From sequence record NC_048673.1: 64,000 bases of DNA; one strand, 5' to 3'. The notes beneath the pieces were generated by a model. The model did not search any database. It was not told the DNA's origin and worked only from the letters and a program-made list of their open reading frames with translations. A program made the translations under genes and the position numbers. Of this stretch, positions 34,136 through 44,344 are shown piece after piece. Numbering within the stretch: position 1 is the stretch's first letter; each line of letters opens with the position of its first letter.

Positions 34136-34431
34136 AAAAAATTCTAATTATGATGTGTATAGTGGTTCTTGCTGCATGTTCAACACCACCGAGACCAGAC
34201 CCGGTATTAGTGTTTCATCCAAATAGACCAATCCCTGTAAAAACTTATATTCCTAAATGGACTGTTATTAAGGAAGGTGAAACAACTTATGTCGGGATGA
34301 CATATGAGGACAGTTTAAGGTATAGGGCTTGGCTTGAAAAAATAGGTGTTTATATAGATTCACAAAATAGAATGTTATGTTCTTATAGAAAGGATCTGAA
34401 AGAACCACAATGTCAAAAAGTCCCCAAATAA
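34132..34431 (+). CDS. Outer-membrane spanin lipoprotein (Rz1-like; T4 pseT.2 equivalent)
   Basis: Lipobox LAA-C, Pro-rich linker, YVGMTYEDS and C-terminal Cys pair. Confidence 0.8.
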   Translation: MKKILIMMCIVVLAACSTPPRPDPVLVFHPNRPIPVKTYIPKWTVIKEGETTYVGMTYEDSLRYRAWLEKIGVYIDSQNRMLCSYRKDLKEPQCQKVPK

Positions 34432-34447
34432 GGGACTTTTTTGTTAC

Positions 34448-34454
34448 CTAAATA
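34448..34454 (+). promoter_or_regulatory. Late promoter CTAAATA
   Basis: Upstream of the tail fibre gene. Confidence 0.7.
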
Positions 34455-34492
34455 AAAGAGTAGAAACAATTTCAAAATAGAGGAATTTAAAA

Positions 34493-37400
34493 ATGGCAGA
34501 CCTTAAGAGTTCGTCTACCGCTGGGGGTGGATTAGTTTGGACACAGACTAACCTACCATTTTCCCCGCAAGACGTTAAGCTGTTTTATAATGGTAATGAG
34601 GTTATTGATAGTGTTAGTAATCAATCTATTGGTGGGGATAAAACCTTTACCGGAACATTGACATATAAAACTCCTGTCAATTCTAATGAAGTTGCCATTA
34701 AAGGTTATGTTGATAACCTAGATAGTACATCGGTGAAATCTGTAACCGGGACTCTCCCAATCGTCGTTACTACTGGTGTAAGTCCGCGAGTTTCAATTAA
34801 TAACGCAACGCAATCCGCCCATGGGGCAATGAGTAAAGAAGACAAAACAAAACTTGACGGTTTGCCTGTTCGAGCTGTTAATAGAGATGGTGATACCATG
34901 ACTGGAAACCTAATGGTTAATGGTCAGGTTGAAGCAAATAGAATCAAGTCCAACGGTCAAGTTGAAGTTTATGATTCTGCTACCAATACATATGCACAAC
35001 GTCTAGTTGCATCTGGTTCCTTACTTTATTTCCAAGGTGGTAAAGTAGATAGAGACGTTACGGATCAACGAATTGCTTTTAGTGGTTGGTATGGTACACC
35101 ACTAACTCAAGTAAGATTTAATATGGCTGCCGGGGTTAATCCTCAAGTATCTTATGGAAATACAAACTATGATATTTTCCATAAAGGTAATTTGCCTAGT
35201 GCGGAAGAAGTAAAGGCAATGGCGGTATATGATCGTCCACCAGAAGATGATTGCGATAAAGCAATTATGCCCGGTAACTATGGTGTTTTCGCCAACACAA
35301 AAAATACTCCCGTTGCTGGTGGTATAGGACCTAGTGGTTCAACCCTCCTTGTTACTCGTTGGGGTAATGGGGCAAACGCACAAATATTCTTTTCTTATAC
35401 TGAAAACCGTGTATGGGTGCGCAGACAATATATCGGTGTTTGGCAGCCATGGGCTGAAATGTATACCTCTCTGAACAAACAGCCGGTGGGTGGTATGGGT
35501 CTTGGTGTTGGTGATAGCCCCAACGCGATCACAGTAACCGGTGGTGTTCGTGACTTCAACCTAATTAAGACCAACGGTGTTTTTACAGTTGATGGTAACT
35601 GGGCTAATGGAACTGACAATACCGCAACTGCAACTACTCATACGGGTATTGTTGAGGTTAAACAACGATCTTTCGATAACTTGACTGTTCAGAAATTCAG
35701 TAACTGGGTAACAGTCGGTGGATTTGTAGAACCAAGAGAGTTTACAAGGGTATGGATTAATGCAGTTGAAGGTTGGCAACCATGGTTACCGACTGGTGTG
35801 TGGGAACAGGTAAACACATATAGAACTGGTATTCTAAGACACAATAACTCTACTAATGACGATTCTGTTTATCCTTACGTATCTTATACCAAGGAAAAAT
35901 ATCGTGATGGTGTTGCTGCTGGTATTCCATACACAATAGGTGAGGTTAGTTTTAGAGTTGGTGCTACAAACCGATATGATCCCCATAGTGGCGATCAGTT
36001 GTCTAGAATTATAGGTCAAGCAACAAACACAACCACAACCGGTGAATATGAAGGTACTTTGTTCTTAGCTTCTAGATATCGCAAAGGGTCTGATGGTTCG
36101 ACTGCTGACACTAGTACACTAAGAATAAGTAGAGATGTTGGTGCTGAATTTACCCATGCAGGTAAGAAAGTACAGATCGAAACCGGTAATGTGAATGCAG
36201 AGAAATTTATTGTAACCACAACTGGTTATGCACTTCAATATTCCGGTAATGCAAACCAAGGAATCTATTTAGATAATAGAACAATTATTGGTGGTGGTTC
36301 ATCTGGTGTTGTGATTCGTCCAAATGGTTCGGGAACTGTAACTGGGGAAACTGTCTTTAATGCAAACGGTACTATATCAAATAACCAAGTTCCGACGTTG
36401 GCAATGCATTTAACAAACAAGGCATATGTTGATGGTGTTGCTCTTGGTGGTTTTAGTTCTATTATCACACTGAGAGATACAGATAACCTCAACGATATTA
36501 AAACCGCTGGTATATATAGCCAAGTTGCTAACGCTAAAGCATTAACTAGTTTGAACTATCCAGTTGAGAAAGCTGGTAACCTTATTGTTACTACTTCCGC
36601 TGGCGTTATTCAAAAATATTGGGTATATAACTCGTCCGAAGTTTGGTCTAGAGCACAATATTCAAGTGGTGCGTGGAAGCCTTGGTATCGTGACTATAAC
36701 GAAGAGTTTAAACCTACTTCCGCTGATGTTGGGGCGTTGTCTTTAACTGGTGGTACTGTAACTGGGGATGTTAGATTTAACTCTGGCAACACCACTAGAT
36801 TGACTCTTGGTAGTGGTTCTGATTATTACGTCGAACGCTCACCATCTGGATTGACATTAGCTTCTGGAACTATCAATCCGAAGGTTAAAGTTAATAACAC
36901 AGATTATGACATATATCATACCGGCAATAAACCATCAGCCGCCGACGTTGGTACATTAACAACTACACAGATAAACACAGAGCTTAACAAAAAGCTTAAT
37001 CTGTCTGGTGGTATCATGACTGGCGCAATTCGTTGGGATGCAACAGATGAATATATCAACGCCGCGAGCAACAATATATATCTGGCTGCTAAGACTGGTA
37101 CTGTATATCTTGAAAGCAAAAATAACCCAATGGTAAGGATTGGAAGTAACGATTACACCATATATCACACTGGTAATAAACCTTCTGCTGGTGATTTTAA
37201 TGCATACACAAAAACTGAAACAGATAATTTACTTAATACTAAATTAAATCTGTCTGGTGGCACTCTAACTGGAGCGGTAACTACTGCAACCATAAAGAAT
37301 GCTGTTATGATTAATAATGGTGCATCGATTAGTTTCCAAGACGGAGCTAATGCTAGATTCCATATACTGACAGAAGGTAACACCTTTAAACTAAAACATG

Positions 37401-38443
37401 GAGACAATGCCGATAATCAGCTACTATACGTTAGCCCCACAGTAATGGAATTACAAACACAATTAAGTGCAAGAACTGCAATGTTTGTGAGTGGAGCTGA
37501 TGGAACTCGGGTGTTTGGGATTGGTGCTCAAGAATCCAACGGAATAAACCCATACGTGTATGTACGAAGATCTGGTGATACTGGAAACATACGTGTTCTG
37601 ACATTTGATCAGGGTGAGATTATTGCTAACCAAGATCGAATCGCTGCTCCAACTTTCCGAGTTATTAACAACGCAGGATTACAGTTCTCCCCAAATAGTA
37701 ACCGGAGTGGTGTGACTTGGGGGATGGGTATGGATCTATCTAATGGTAACCTTGGTATCCATCGTTATCAAGATGGTGTATGGAATCTCCAACCATTTAT
37801 GATAGGTTCGAACGGTGTGGTTACTATGAGTACGGGTTTCAACACAACCAGCGGAACAATGTCTGGTTCCCTAAGTGTTAATGGAAACATTGAGGTTGGT
37901 GGATCTGTAGGTGTTAATAGTGGTTATGCCTCTATCATTAGCAATAATAATAACAGACTAGAATTTCATCGTCCCGGATTTTGGGCAACAATGATTTACA
38001 TGAACACAGACGGTCAACTTCGATTTACATCAAGTAATGGTGCCGGTGGTGAAACTAAACTCAGAATGTCTATTGATAACAATGGTAATACCGGAATAGC
38101 AGGTTCTGTTAACGCTAATGGTGGTGTTCACGACGTAGGTCAACGAGTTTATTCACCAAGTAACCCAATTCCAGATGGTGTAATACTGAGATCAGTCGTC
38201 AACGGCGGCGGCAATATGGATATTGGTTCATATGCGATGGTCACAGTCAAATCCAACCTTGGTCCACAAGGTCCGGGGACTGTTCTCCAAGGTACTCAGA
38301 TTGCATTCTCGAACGCGGAAGGTACTAATATGGTTGCCTGTAACTATGGTACATGGCGTCTGATGGGTGTTTCTAGAGCAAATTCCCAAAACGGCGACGG
38401 TTGGGGTTCTTGGAACGTAACATTGGCACAGCGGATAACTTAA
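34493..38443 (+). CDS. Long tail fibre protein with gp36-type N-terminus (1316 aa)
   Basis: MADLKSSSTAGGGLVW resembles T4 gp36 start; repeated IYHTGNKPSA motifs; three knob-like modules ending WxPW; fibre-type C-terminus. Confidence 0.9.
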   Translation: MADLKSSSTAGGGLVWTQTNLPFSPQDVKLFYNGNEVIDSVSNQSIGGDKTFTGTLTYKTPVNSNEVAIKGYVDNLDSTSVKSVTGTLPIVVTTGVSPRVSINNATQSAHGAMSKEDKTKLDGLPVRAVNRDGDTMTGNLMVNGQVEANRIKSNGQVEVYDSATNTYAQRLVASGSLLYFQGGKVDRDVTDQRIAFSGWYGTPLTQVRFNMAAGVNPQVSYGNTNYDIFHKGNLPSAEEVKAMAVYDRPPEDDCDKAIMPGNYGVFANTKNTPVAGGIGPSGSTLLVTRWGNGANAQIFFSYTENRVWVRRQYIGVWQPWAEMYTSLNKQPVGGMGLGVGDSPNAITVTGGVRDFNLIKTNGVFTVDGNWANGTDNTATATTHTGIVEVKQRSFDNLTVQKFSNWVTVGGFVEPREFTRVWINAVEGWQPWLPTGVWEQVNTYRTGILRHNNSTNDDSVYPYVSYTKEKYRDGVAAGIPYTIGEVSFRVGATNRYDPHSGDQLSRIIGQATNTTTTGEYEGTLFLASRYRKGSDGSTADTSTLRISRDVGAEFTHAGKKVQIETGNVNAEKFIVTTTGYALQYSGNANQGIYLDNRTIIGGGSSGVVIRPNGSGTVTGETVFNANGTISNNQVPTLAMHLTNKAYVDGVALGGFSSIITLRDTDNLNDIKTAGIYSQVANAKALTSLNYPVEKAGNLIVTTSAGVIQKYWVYNSSEVWSRAQYSSGAWKPWYRDYNEEFKPTSADVGALSLTGGTVTGDVRFNSGNTTRLTLGSGSDYYVERSPSGLTLASGTINPKVKVNNTDYDIYHTGNKPSAADVGTLTTTQINTELNKKLNLSGGIMTGAIRWDATDEYINAASNNIYLAAKTGTVYLESKNNPMVRIGSNDYTIYHTGNKPSAGDFNAYTKTETDNLLNTKLNLSGGTLTGAVTTATIKNAVMINNGASISFQDGANARFHILTEGNTFKLKHGDNADNQLLYVSPTVMELQTQLSARTAMFVSGADGTRVFGIGAQESNGINPYVYVRRSGDTGNIRVLTFDQGEIIANQDRIAAPTFRVINNAGLQFSPNSNRSGVTWGMGMDLSNGNLGIHRYQDGVWNLQPFMIGSNGVVTMSTGFNTTSGTMSGSLSVNGNIEVGGSVGVNSGYASIISNNNNRLEFHRPGFWATMIYMNTDGQLRFTSSNGAGGETKLRMSIDNNGNTGIAGSVNANGGVHDVGQRVYSPSNPIPDGVILRSVVNGGGNMDIGSYAMVTVKSNLGPQGPGTVLQGTQIAFSNAEGTNMVACNYGTWRLMGVSRANSQNGDGWGSWNVTLAQRIT

Positions 38444-38449
38444 TAATTT

Positions 38450-38467
38450 GGACTCCTTCGGGAGTCC
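38450..38467 (+). terminator. UUCG-tetraloop hairpin after the tail fibre
   Basis: GGACTCC-TTCG-GGAGTCC. Confidence 0.75.
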
Positions 38468-38489
38468 ATAATTTTAGAGAGAATATTAT

Positions 38490-38990
38490 ATGTTAGAAAA
38501 AATGCTTAAATTCGACGAGGGTTCGAAGCTTACTGTTTATTGGGATACCGAAGGATATCCGACTATCGGTATTGGTCATTTAATAAAGAAACTTCGTACG
38601 AAAGATATGGGGGAAATTAACCGTGAGTTAAGTTCCCATGTTGGGAGGGTTATTACCGACGGTAAGATTACTCAATCAGAAGAAAGTCAACTTTTTGCTA
38701 AAGATCTTGAAGTAGTTAGAAATTCTATGAAAGGGTATGTCGATTTATGGTCTACATATGTTGGATTAGATGAAGTCAGAAAAACCGCATTGGAAAATAT
38801 GGTTTTTCAGATGGGGGCCAAAGGTGTAAATGGCTTCCCGTCGATGCTTCGCGCTATGCGCTCCAAGAACTGGGTAGAAGCAAAGAAGCACGGTCTTGCT
38901 AGTGCTTGGGCGAGACAGACACCAAATCGTGCTAAGAGAGTTACAGACGTTATTGAGACTGGTACTTACAAAGGTTATCCATTCGCATAA
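38490..38990 (+). CDS. e: Endolysin, T4-type lysozyme
   Basis: DEG...WDTEGYPTIGIGHL catalytic E/D/T region; NMVFQMG; WARQTPNRAKRV. Confidence 0.95.
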   Translation: MLEKMLKFDEGSKLTVYWDTEGYPTIGIGHLIKKLRTKDMGEINRELSSHVGRVITDGKITQSEESQLFAKDLEVVRNSMKGYVDLWSTYVGLDEVRKTALENMVFQMGAKGVNGFPSMLRAMRSKNWVEAKKHGLASAWARQTPNRAKRVTDVIETGTYKGYPFA

Positions 38991-38993
38991 AAC

Positions 38994-39024
38994 AAAAAGG
39001 GATCCCAAATAGGGATCCCTTTTT
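38994..39024. terminator. Bidirectional terminator, GGGATCC family
   Basis: AAAAAGGGATCCC-AAATA-GGGATCCCTTTTT between convergent e and tk. Confidence 0.9.
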
Positions 39025-39599
39025 CATTTTCCACTCATACCAGCAACCCAGTGTTTACGACAAACAGAAATATATCTATCGTTCCCACCAATACAAACTT
39101 GATCACCAATAACTTTTTTGCCGTTCTCATCAACACGAAGGTTCATCGTTGCTTTAGAACCACACCAACAAATTGTTTTATGTTCCACAATTTGTTCAGC
39201 CATAACCACAAGTTGACGACTTGCATCAAACATCTCTCCATTGGAGTCAGACATAAGACCATAACACATAACAGGAACATCGTAGTTATCAACAATAAAA
39301 GCCAGTTGCTTTACTTGTTCGACCGTCATAAATTGGGCTTCATCGATAAGAATACAATCTATTTTCTTTCCGATCTTATAACTCAAATAAAGATCAGTTA
39401 AATTCTCCTTATCAGAAAACATAATTGATGGACGAGAAACCCCCAATCGTGAAGAAACCATTTCCCCATCACGAGTATCAATGCAAGGTTTTAAAACTAA
39501 AACTCCCATCCCCCTTTCTTCATAATTATAAGCAACTTGCAATAAATGAGAACTCTTTCCCGCATTCATTGCGGAATGATGGAAATGCAAACTAGACAT
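39024..39599 (-). CDS. tk: Thymidine kinase
   Basis: SAMNAGKS, ILIDEAQF, YGLMSD, ICWCG, YISVCRKH. Confidence 0.97.
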   Translation of the reverse strand: MSSLHFHHSAMNAGKSSHLLQVAYNYEERGMGVLVLKPCIDTRDGEMVSSRLGVSRPSIMFSDKENLTDLYLSYKIGKKIDCILIDEAQFMTVEQVKQLAFIVDNYDVPVMCYGLMSDSNGEMFDASRQLVVMAEQIVEHKTICWCGSKATMNLRVDENGKKVIGDQVCIGGNDRYISVCRKHWVAGMSGK

Positions 39600-39607
39600 A
39601 TCATACC

Positions 39608-40024
39608 TCAGATAAAATCAGAAAACTTTTTACGACTCTCTTTGAGCCCTTTATAAAATGTTAATGGAAACTTATGAGCAGCAATCAATAGATCCACAAT
39701 ATCACAACGAACCCGATATATTTCAATCAGGTTATCACCATCATTGGCTAACAATGCACTATACCGATGGTGTCCGTCTAGAATGTAGTTATCATCAGAA
39801 ACAACAATAGGTTTTGATAACACACTATATGGTGCACTTCTCATCTTTTCCACTTTTTCTTCATTATACTCTGATTGAGTCGGAAGTAAAGTCTTTACTT
39901 TAACCCTTTCCTTAATAAACCCAACCCCGTTTGTTGTACACCAATCCAAAAATCCGGGGACGTTCTCGGCTGCAATTTGAGGCATATTTTGTCTATCTAT
40001 ACCTTTACTGTTTTCATATTTCAT
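39608..40024 (-). CDS. ParB/Srx-like N-terminal domain protein
   Basis: LLPTQ...KPIVVSDDNYILDGHHRYSA; CTAAATA at 40047-40053. Confidence 0.8.
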   Translation of the reverse strand: MKYENSKGIDRQNMPQIAAENVPGFLDWCTTNGVGFIKERVKVKTLLPTQSEYNEEKVEKMRSAPYSVLSKPIVVSDDNYILDGHHRYSALLANDGDNLIEIYRVRCDIVDLLIAAHKFPLTFYKGLKESRKKFSDFI

Positions 40025-40066
40025 TTCAATTCTCCTTAATATAACATATTTAGAGATTAGGAAATG

Positions 40067-40091
40067 AAAAAAGAGCCCGAAGGCTCTTTTT
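40067..40091. terminator. Terminator hairpin downstream of hoc
   Basis: A-tract, GAGCC-CGAA-GGCTC, T-tract. Confidence 0.8.
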
Positions 40092-40857
40092 ATTTTAAGT
40101 CACTTACCTTTAGAATCCGACCATTTCTGGATTCTTGAAGTTCAACTTCTCCATATTCATCAAACGCTTTAACTATGGTTTCTATTTCGTCTTTATATTT
40201 CAGAGAACTATAGTCTGTAAACCAAGATGGATTTTTCTTTATTTCGTCAATAACCCAGTACCCAATCCAAGTAAAGCTAGTTCCTCTATACTCAAGAGGG
40301 ATAACTTTCCATAAAGACTCAAGAACCTTCGTAATAACGGTTAGGTCAACCATTCTAGTCGAAATCATTTGCCCAGAAGTAGTTTTATCCATAAGAGTCG
40401 TTTCGACCAGATAATTACCAGAGTCCGCAACAACGACGTTGCTTTTTGTTAATACCGCAGAAGTTGCACCGGATACGTTAATGGGTCCTTTCTTCCATTG
40501 ATATTTGATCGTAAAATCAGACTTGTTATCACCAGCGGTATCAGGGGTAAATTTAACGACTGCTGTCATAGTAGACGAAAAACCATCACCTTCCTCAAGG
40601 GTAATGGTCTGTAGTGGTTGTGGTGTAAGGTCCAATTCAGCCATACCGATCTCAAAAACAGTGTCTGTGTCGGTAGTATCTACCGTTGCAGTTACTGTAT
40701 AAGTGGCAACATCAGAAGCACCGAAAGAACTAAGAATAAGGTCTTTTTCTGTTTTACCGGAAATGACGGTAGATCCCTTTTTCCACACATAGGTTGCACC
40801 TTCTGTGGTAATTTCTGAACTCAAGGTGACAGACGAACCTTTAGAATAAAATTTCAT
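40090..40857 (-). CDS. hoc: Hoc-like head outer capsid protein (Ig-like domains plus Hoc capsid-binding domain)
   Basis: YVWKK/YQWKK Ig motifs; C-terminus FTWIGYWVIDEI...EVELQESRNG matches recalled Hoc C-domain; CTAAATA at 40899-40905. Confidence 0.85.
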   Translation of the reverse strand: MKFYSKGSSVTLSSEITTEGATYVWKKGSTVISGKTEKDLILSSFGASDVATYTVTATVDTTDTDTVFEIGMAELDLTPQPLQTITLEEGDGFSSTMTAVVKFTPDTAGDNKSDFTIKYQWKKGPINVSGATSAVLTKSNVVVADSGNYLVETTLMDKTTSGQMISTRMVDLTVITKVLESLWKVIPLEYRGTSFTWIGYWVIDEIKKNPSWFTDYSSLKYKDEIETIVKAFDEYGEVELQESRNGRILKVSDLK

Positions 40858-40910
40858 TTATAATACCTCAAAACGATAAAGGGGCATTATGCCCCTTTTA
40901 TTTAGTACCT

Positions 40911-41762
40911 TTATTTCTTCATTACCATAGCCCATGTTTCTGGGTTTGGAATATAATCAGAAATCTTATTCACAATCTGTTTATCAAGTTCAGTTGCTTT
41001 CATCGGAGCTTTACCCTGTTGTTTAACTCTTATGTAGTTTGCTTCTTTAACATAAGAACCACCTTTACCAGATTTAACAATAGAAGAGTCAACACCAATT
41101 TTATTGAATGCAATATACCAATCACCATCGGCATAACTCCGGGCACCTTCACCCATAGCCATTAGGTTTTTGAAGGTCATACTTGCACCCTCATGGGTTG
41201 CAACAAGAATTTCAACCGGTACAGTACGGGAACGTTCGGCGTTTTGTTTCATAGCAACGTTGATATCATTCATCACCCACACGATATGAACGTTTTCCTT
41301 GTTATAACCTAGTTCACGAACCTGTTTTGCAATTTGAGCCATCTTACCCATATCTTTAAGGGTAACGTCAAAGATCAAATTAGGTTTACGATCCTCTGGT
41401 GCAGCCAATACACCATTAAAAACACGTTTATCCATGTTCTTGGTTGTCTTGTATACATCAGATAGAAGGCTATGCAGAGTAGAAACGTTTTCTGGCTTCT
41501 TCAAGTCAAACTTGGATATATCGTGCCCGGTTTCTGCTTTAATGCGTCCAGCGAGCTTTGTGGAAGCCATAGCAAGCTCTTTTACACGGTCTACGTCTAG
41601 GGTAATACCTTCCAGACCAACTAGTTTAGAAGTAACAAATCCCTTTCCTGAACCGGCCCCACCAGCCAAGATCAAGACGTTGTTAAACTTAGGATATGCC
41701 TTCTTTCCGAATACCATCAATTTTTCTTCCAATTGAACGAATTCACTAAATTTCATTTTCAT
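40911..41762 (-). CDS. P-loop kinase (zeta-toxin/AAA_33-like), possible internal head protein
   Basis: LILAGGAGSGKGFV, LDVD, NLIFDVT; N-terminus FSEFVQLEE; CTAAATA at 41793-41799. Confidence 0.7.
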   Translation of the reverse strand: MKMKFSEFVQLEEKLMVFGKKAYPKFNNVLILAGGAGSGKGFVTSKLVGLEGITLDVDRVKELAMASTKLAGRIKAETGHDISKFDLKKPENVSTLHSLLSDVYKTTKNMDKRVFNGVLAAPEDRKPNLIFDVTLKDMGKMAQIAKQVRELGYNKENVHIVWVMNDINVAMKQNAERSRTVPVEILVATHEGASMTFKNLMAMGEGARSYADGDWYIAFNKIGVDSSIVKSGKGGSYVKEANYIRVKQQGKAPMKATELDKQIVNKISDYIPNPETWAMVMKK

Positions 41763-42125
41763 TTTAATTTTCCTATAGGTTGATTACCTTGGTATTTAGG
41801 CACCTACCCAATAAGAAAACTCTTCAATCGTCTTGAATACCATCATCCGTTTGTCTTTGAATCTAGTAACAACAATACCGGATTCCATAACACCAACAAT
41901 ATATTCACATACCATTTCACATGGTTCATCAAAAAAGCAAACTTTAGTGTAGAAAGTTTTGATCTTGGTATAGTTACCCATATCAACAACTTCTACCTTT
42001 TCGTAAGCTTCTTCGCAGATTTCAATAACACGTTTTACATCGTACATCTTTATATCCCTTTTTATTCTTATAGTTTCTTCACTATACACAAATGAAAATC
42101 CCCCGTCAATAGACGAGGGATGTTT

Positions 42126-42527
42126 TTATTTGAAACGTTTTACCTTGTAGATCACCAGCTTAATGAACTCCAATGAATCCTCAAGTGCGTTTAAAGTTCC
42201 TTTAAACTCTGGTTTTCCATCAAGTAACTCAGCCAACTCAGAGCCGTTGTCGTAAAGTCCCTGTAACACACTCAGAGCGTCGTCTGACGCAACTTCAAAG
42301 TGGTTGTATACCAACTCGATGTCGTTAGCCAAGGCGCTCTCTGCAACCGAATCTAGGTAGTCATCTGGGAATTCCTTATAGAACTCATCAAGTGCCATAT
42401 GGAGCGCATAATTGTTGGTTGTAAGATGGAGATAGTGGATCTTTGCAACCGTCTTTAATCCAAGAGTCACAAATCTAGATACTCTATCTGAGATTCGTTT
42501 CATATCATATTTATAAGCTATTTTCAT
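42126..42527 (-). CDS. Ferritin/Dps-like four-helix protein
   Basis: IHYLHLTTNNYALHMALDEFY motif typical of phage ferritin-like proteins. Confidence 0.65.
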   Translation of the reverse strand: MKIAYKYDMKRISDRVSRFVTLGLKTVAKIHYLHLTTNNYALHMALDEFYKEFPDDYLDSVAESALANDIELVYNHFEVASDDALSVLQGLYDNGSELAELLDGKPEFKGTLNALEDSLEFIKLVIYKVKRFK

Positions 42528-43078
42528 TGCATTCCCAATTTAACGATTAATGATTCCATCCTGAATGCGGCATAACTAATTAGACCGTATGTGGTATTTA
42601 TTTGTTTACCACCATCCAAGTGATATGAACAACTACTACGATTAGTGAATTGTCTCTGACCATTGGTACATGTGAAATAAGGTTCATCAATAATGATCAT
42701 ACTATATTTTTCAATCCTACTTCCATGAATAACATGATTGTATGTACCACGAGAATAAAACCTATTAACAAAGTCGCTAATTGACAACACTTGGTCTTTT
42801 AAATGTGGTGCCACCGACAATATAGATCTGATAGTAGGATGGTTGTGAACAACATACAAAGCGTCTTTATGTTCTTCTAACAACATAATAGCAGCAGATG
42901 TTTTTCCTGTTTGTCTTCCCATATCCAAGCATATAGTCCCCAACTCTTGTTGGAATGCATCAGGAGATATCATCAATCGACTCCTGTCTAGATATTCGGA
43001 ACTTTTAAATAATTTTAATTTTTTGTTTACCATACTAACATATTCGTCTCTAAAGAAACTGTTTGGCGATATCATCAT
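42524..43078 (-). CDS. Small P-loop NTPase-like protein (resembles T4 vs.8 family)
   Basis: DMGRQTGKT Walker A, IIIDEP Walker B, C-terminal LGMQ. Confidence 0.6.
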   Translation of the reverse strand: MMISPNSFFRDEYVSMVNKKLKLFKSSEYLDRSRLMISPDAFQQELGTICLDMGRQTGKTSAAIMLLEEHKDALYVVHNHPTIRSILSVAPHLKDQVLSISDFVNRFYSRGTYNHVIHGSRIEKYSMIIIDEPYFTCTNGQRQFTNRSSCSYHLDGGKQINTTYGLISYAAFRMESLIVKLGMQ

Positions 43079-43560
43079 ATCTGTTTTACCTTCTTATTAG
43101 TTTATTTTAATAAGCCATCGCGAACATACGACGCTGTTTTGCTCGAAGGTCTTCACCTTCTTTCTCTTTCAACAGTTCATCCGGCTTTGCATCCAGACTA
43201 ACCTGTTTGGCTTCTACGTTTTCCCACAGTTTGGAGTTATACCATTTTTCATTACCACCATTGGCACCACCACGACCCTCACGGGCATGACTTTTCTCAT
43301 GAATATTCTTAGCCATTTAAAACTCTCCTATAGTTGATATGAACATATTTAGGGATTAAAGACTACGAATAATCGACATAGCAATCAAAACGGGCCAAAT
43401 TGCTGATACAGAAAGATAATCCATAACTTCTTTAAAAGTAGGGGTCCTATCCTCTTCTCGGTCTTGATGATCGGTAATCCCAAATGCGGTAATGAATACC
43501 AGAACACCAATCAAATACACAATAAAAATTCCAGTCAACATATCAAATTCTCCGTTAATA

Positions 43561-43800
43561 AAAAGAAAAACGGGGACTATATCAAGCCAGTCAAAGCAAG
43601 ATAAAGTCCCCGTTGCCGAACGTTGTCTTTGGTGTCAGACAACAACCTTGTGATAGTGGTAGGTCACACCACCCTCTTTAAAACGGGGACCATAATCGAG
43701 GCAATATGGTCTCTTTTCGTCTAGTGACAATACAGGGTATCACCTTTACCCTTGACTCGTATTGTTTGACGCCGCTGCGCCACTCTTGGGGCGCGTACAC
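43561..43800 (-). ncRNA. Structured non-coding element with terminator/anti-terminator potential
   Basis: No credible ORF; GC-rich; at least five hairpins ending in GGGGAC/GUCCCC plus U-tract. Confidence 0.6.
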
Positions 43801-44344
43801 TTTAAAATCTTAACTATATTGATAACCGGCGTTAGCCTTTTTCATTTCGTAATCATCATCAACAAAAACATCGTGATTACCGTGCATGATATCATGTTTC
43901 AATTTACGATCTCGCTGACGACTCAATGTATTATAACGATCTTTGACACCCGATTCTGGATAACTAGGATATTTATCTCCCAGATCCCGATTCACTTTAA
44001 GTTCATCACCATACCAACTGTCCAGATGTTTTTCATTTTTACGACGAAATGTCTTACCCATATATCATTCCTTACAGGCTTTCTATGTATTTAATCACTC
44101 GGTTTAGTATTTCATCTGAATCATTTATCTCAATATCATCAAATGCATACTTTATCTTTTTTATTACAGTTTCTTTCTTCCATCCGATCTCGAAAGCATC
44201 ATTAACGAAAGAAACCCAATCAATAATATAACCGGAATTATAAAATTTCTCTATCAGAATATCCAACGGAATACCATTTGTTTCAAACTGATAAAATATA
44301 TTACATAAAACCGGAATACCACTATTGGTATAACCATTTACAAA

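Noticed and set aside
34493-38443. Repeats in the fibre gene as CRISPR-like or DGR repeats
   Set aside because: Degenerate protein-level repeats; no fixed nucleotide repeat-spacer pattern and no reverse transcriptase in the window
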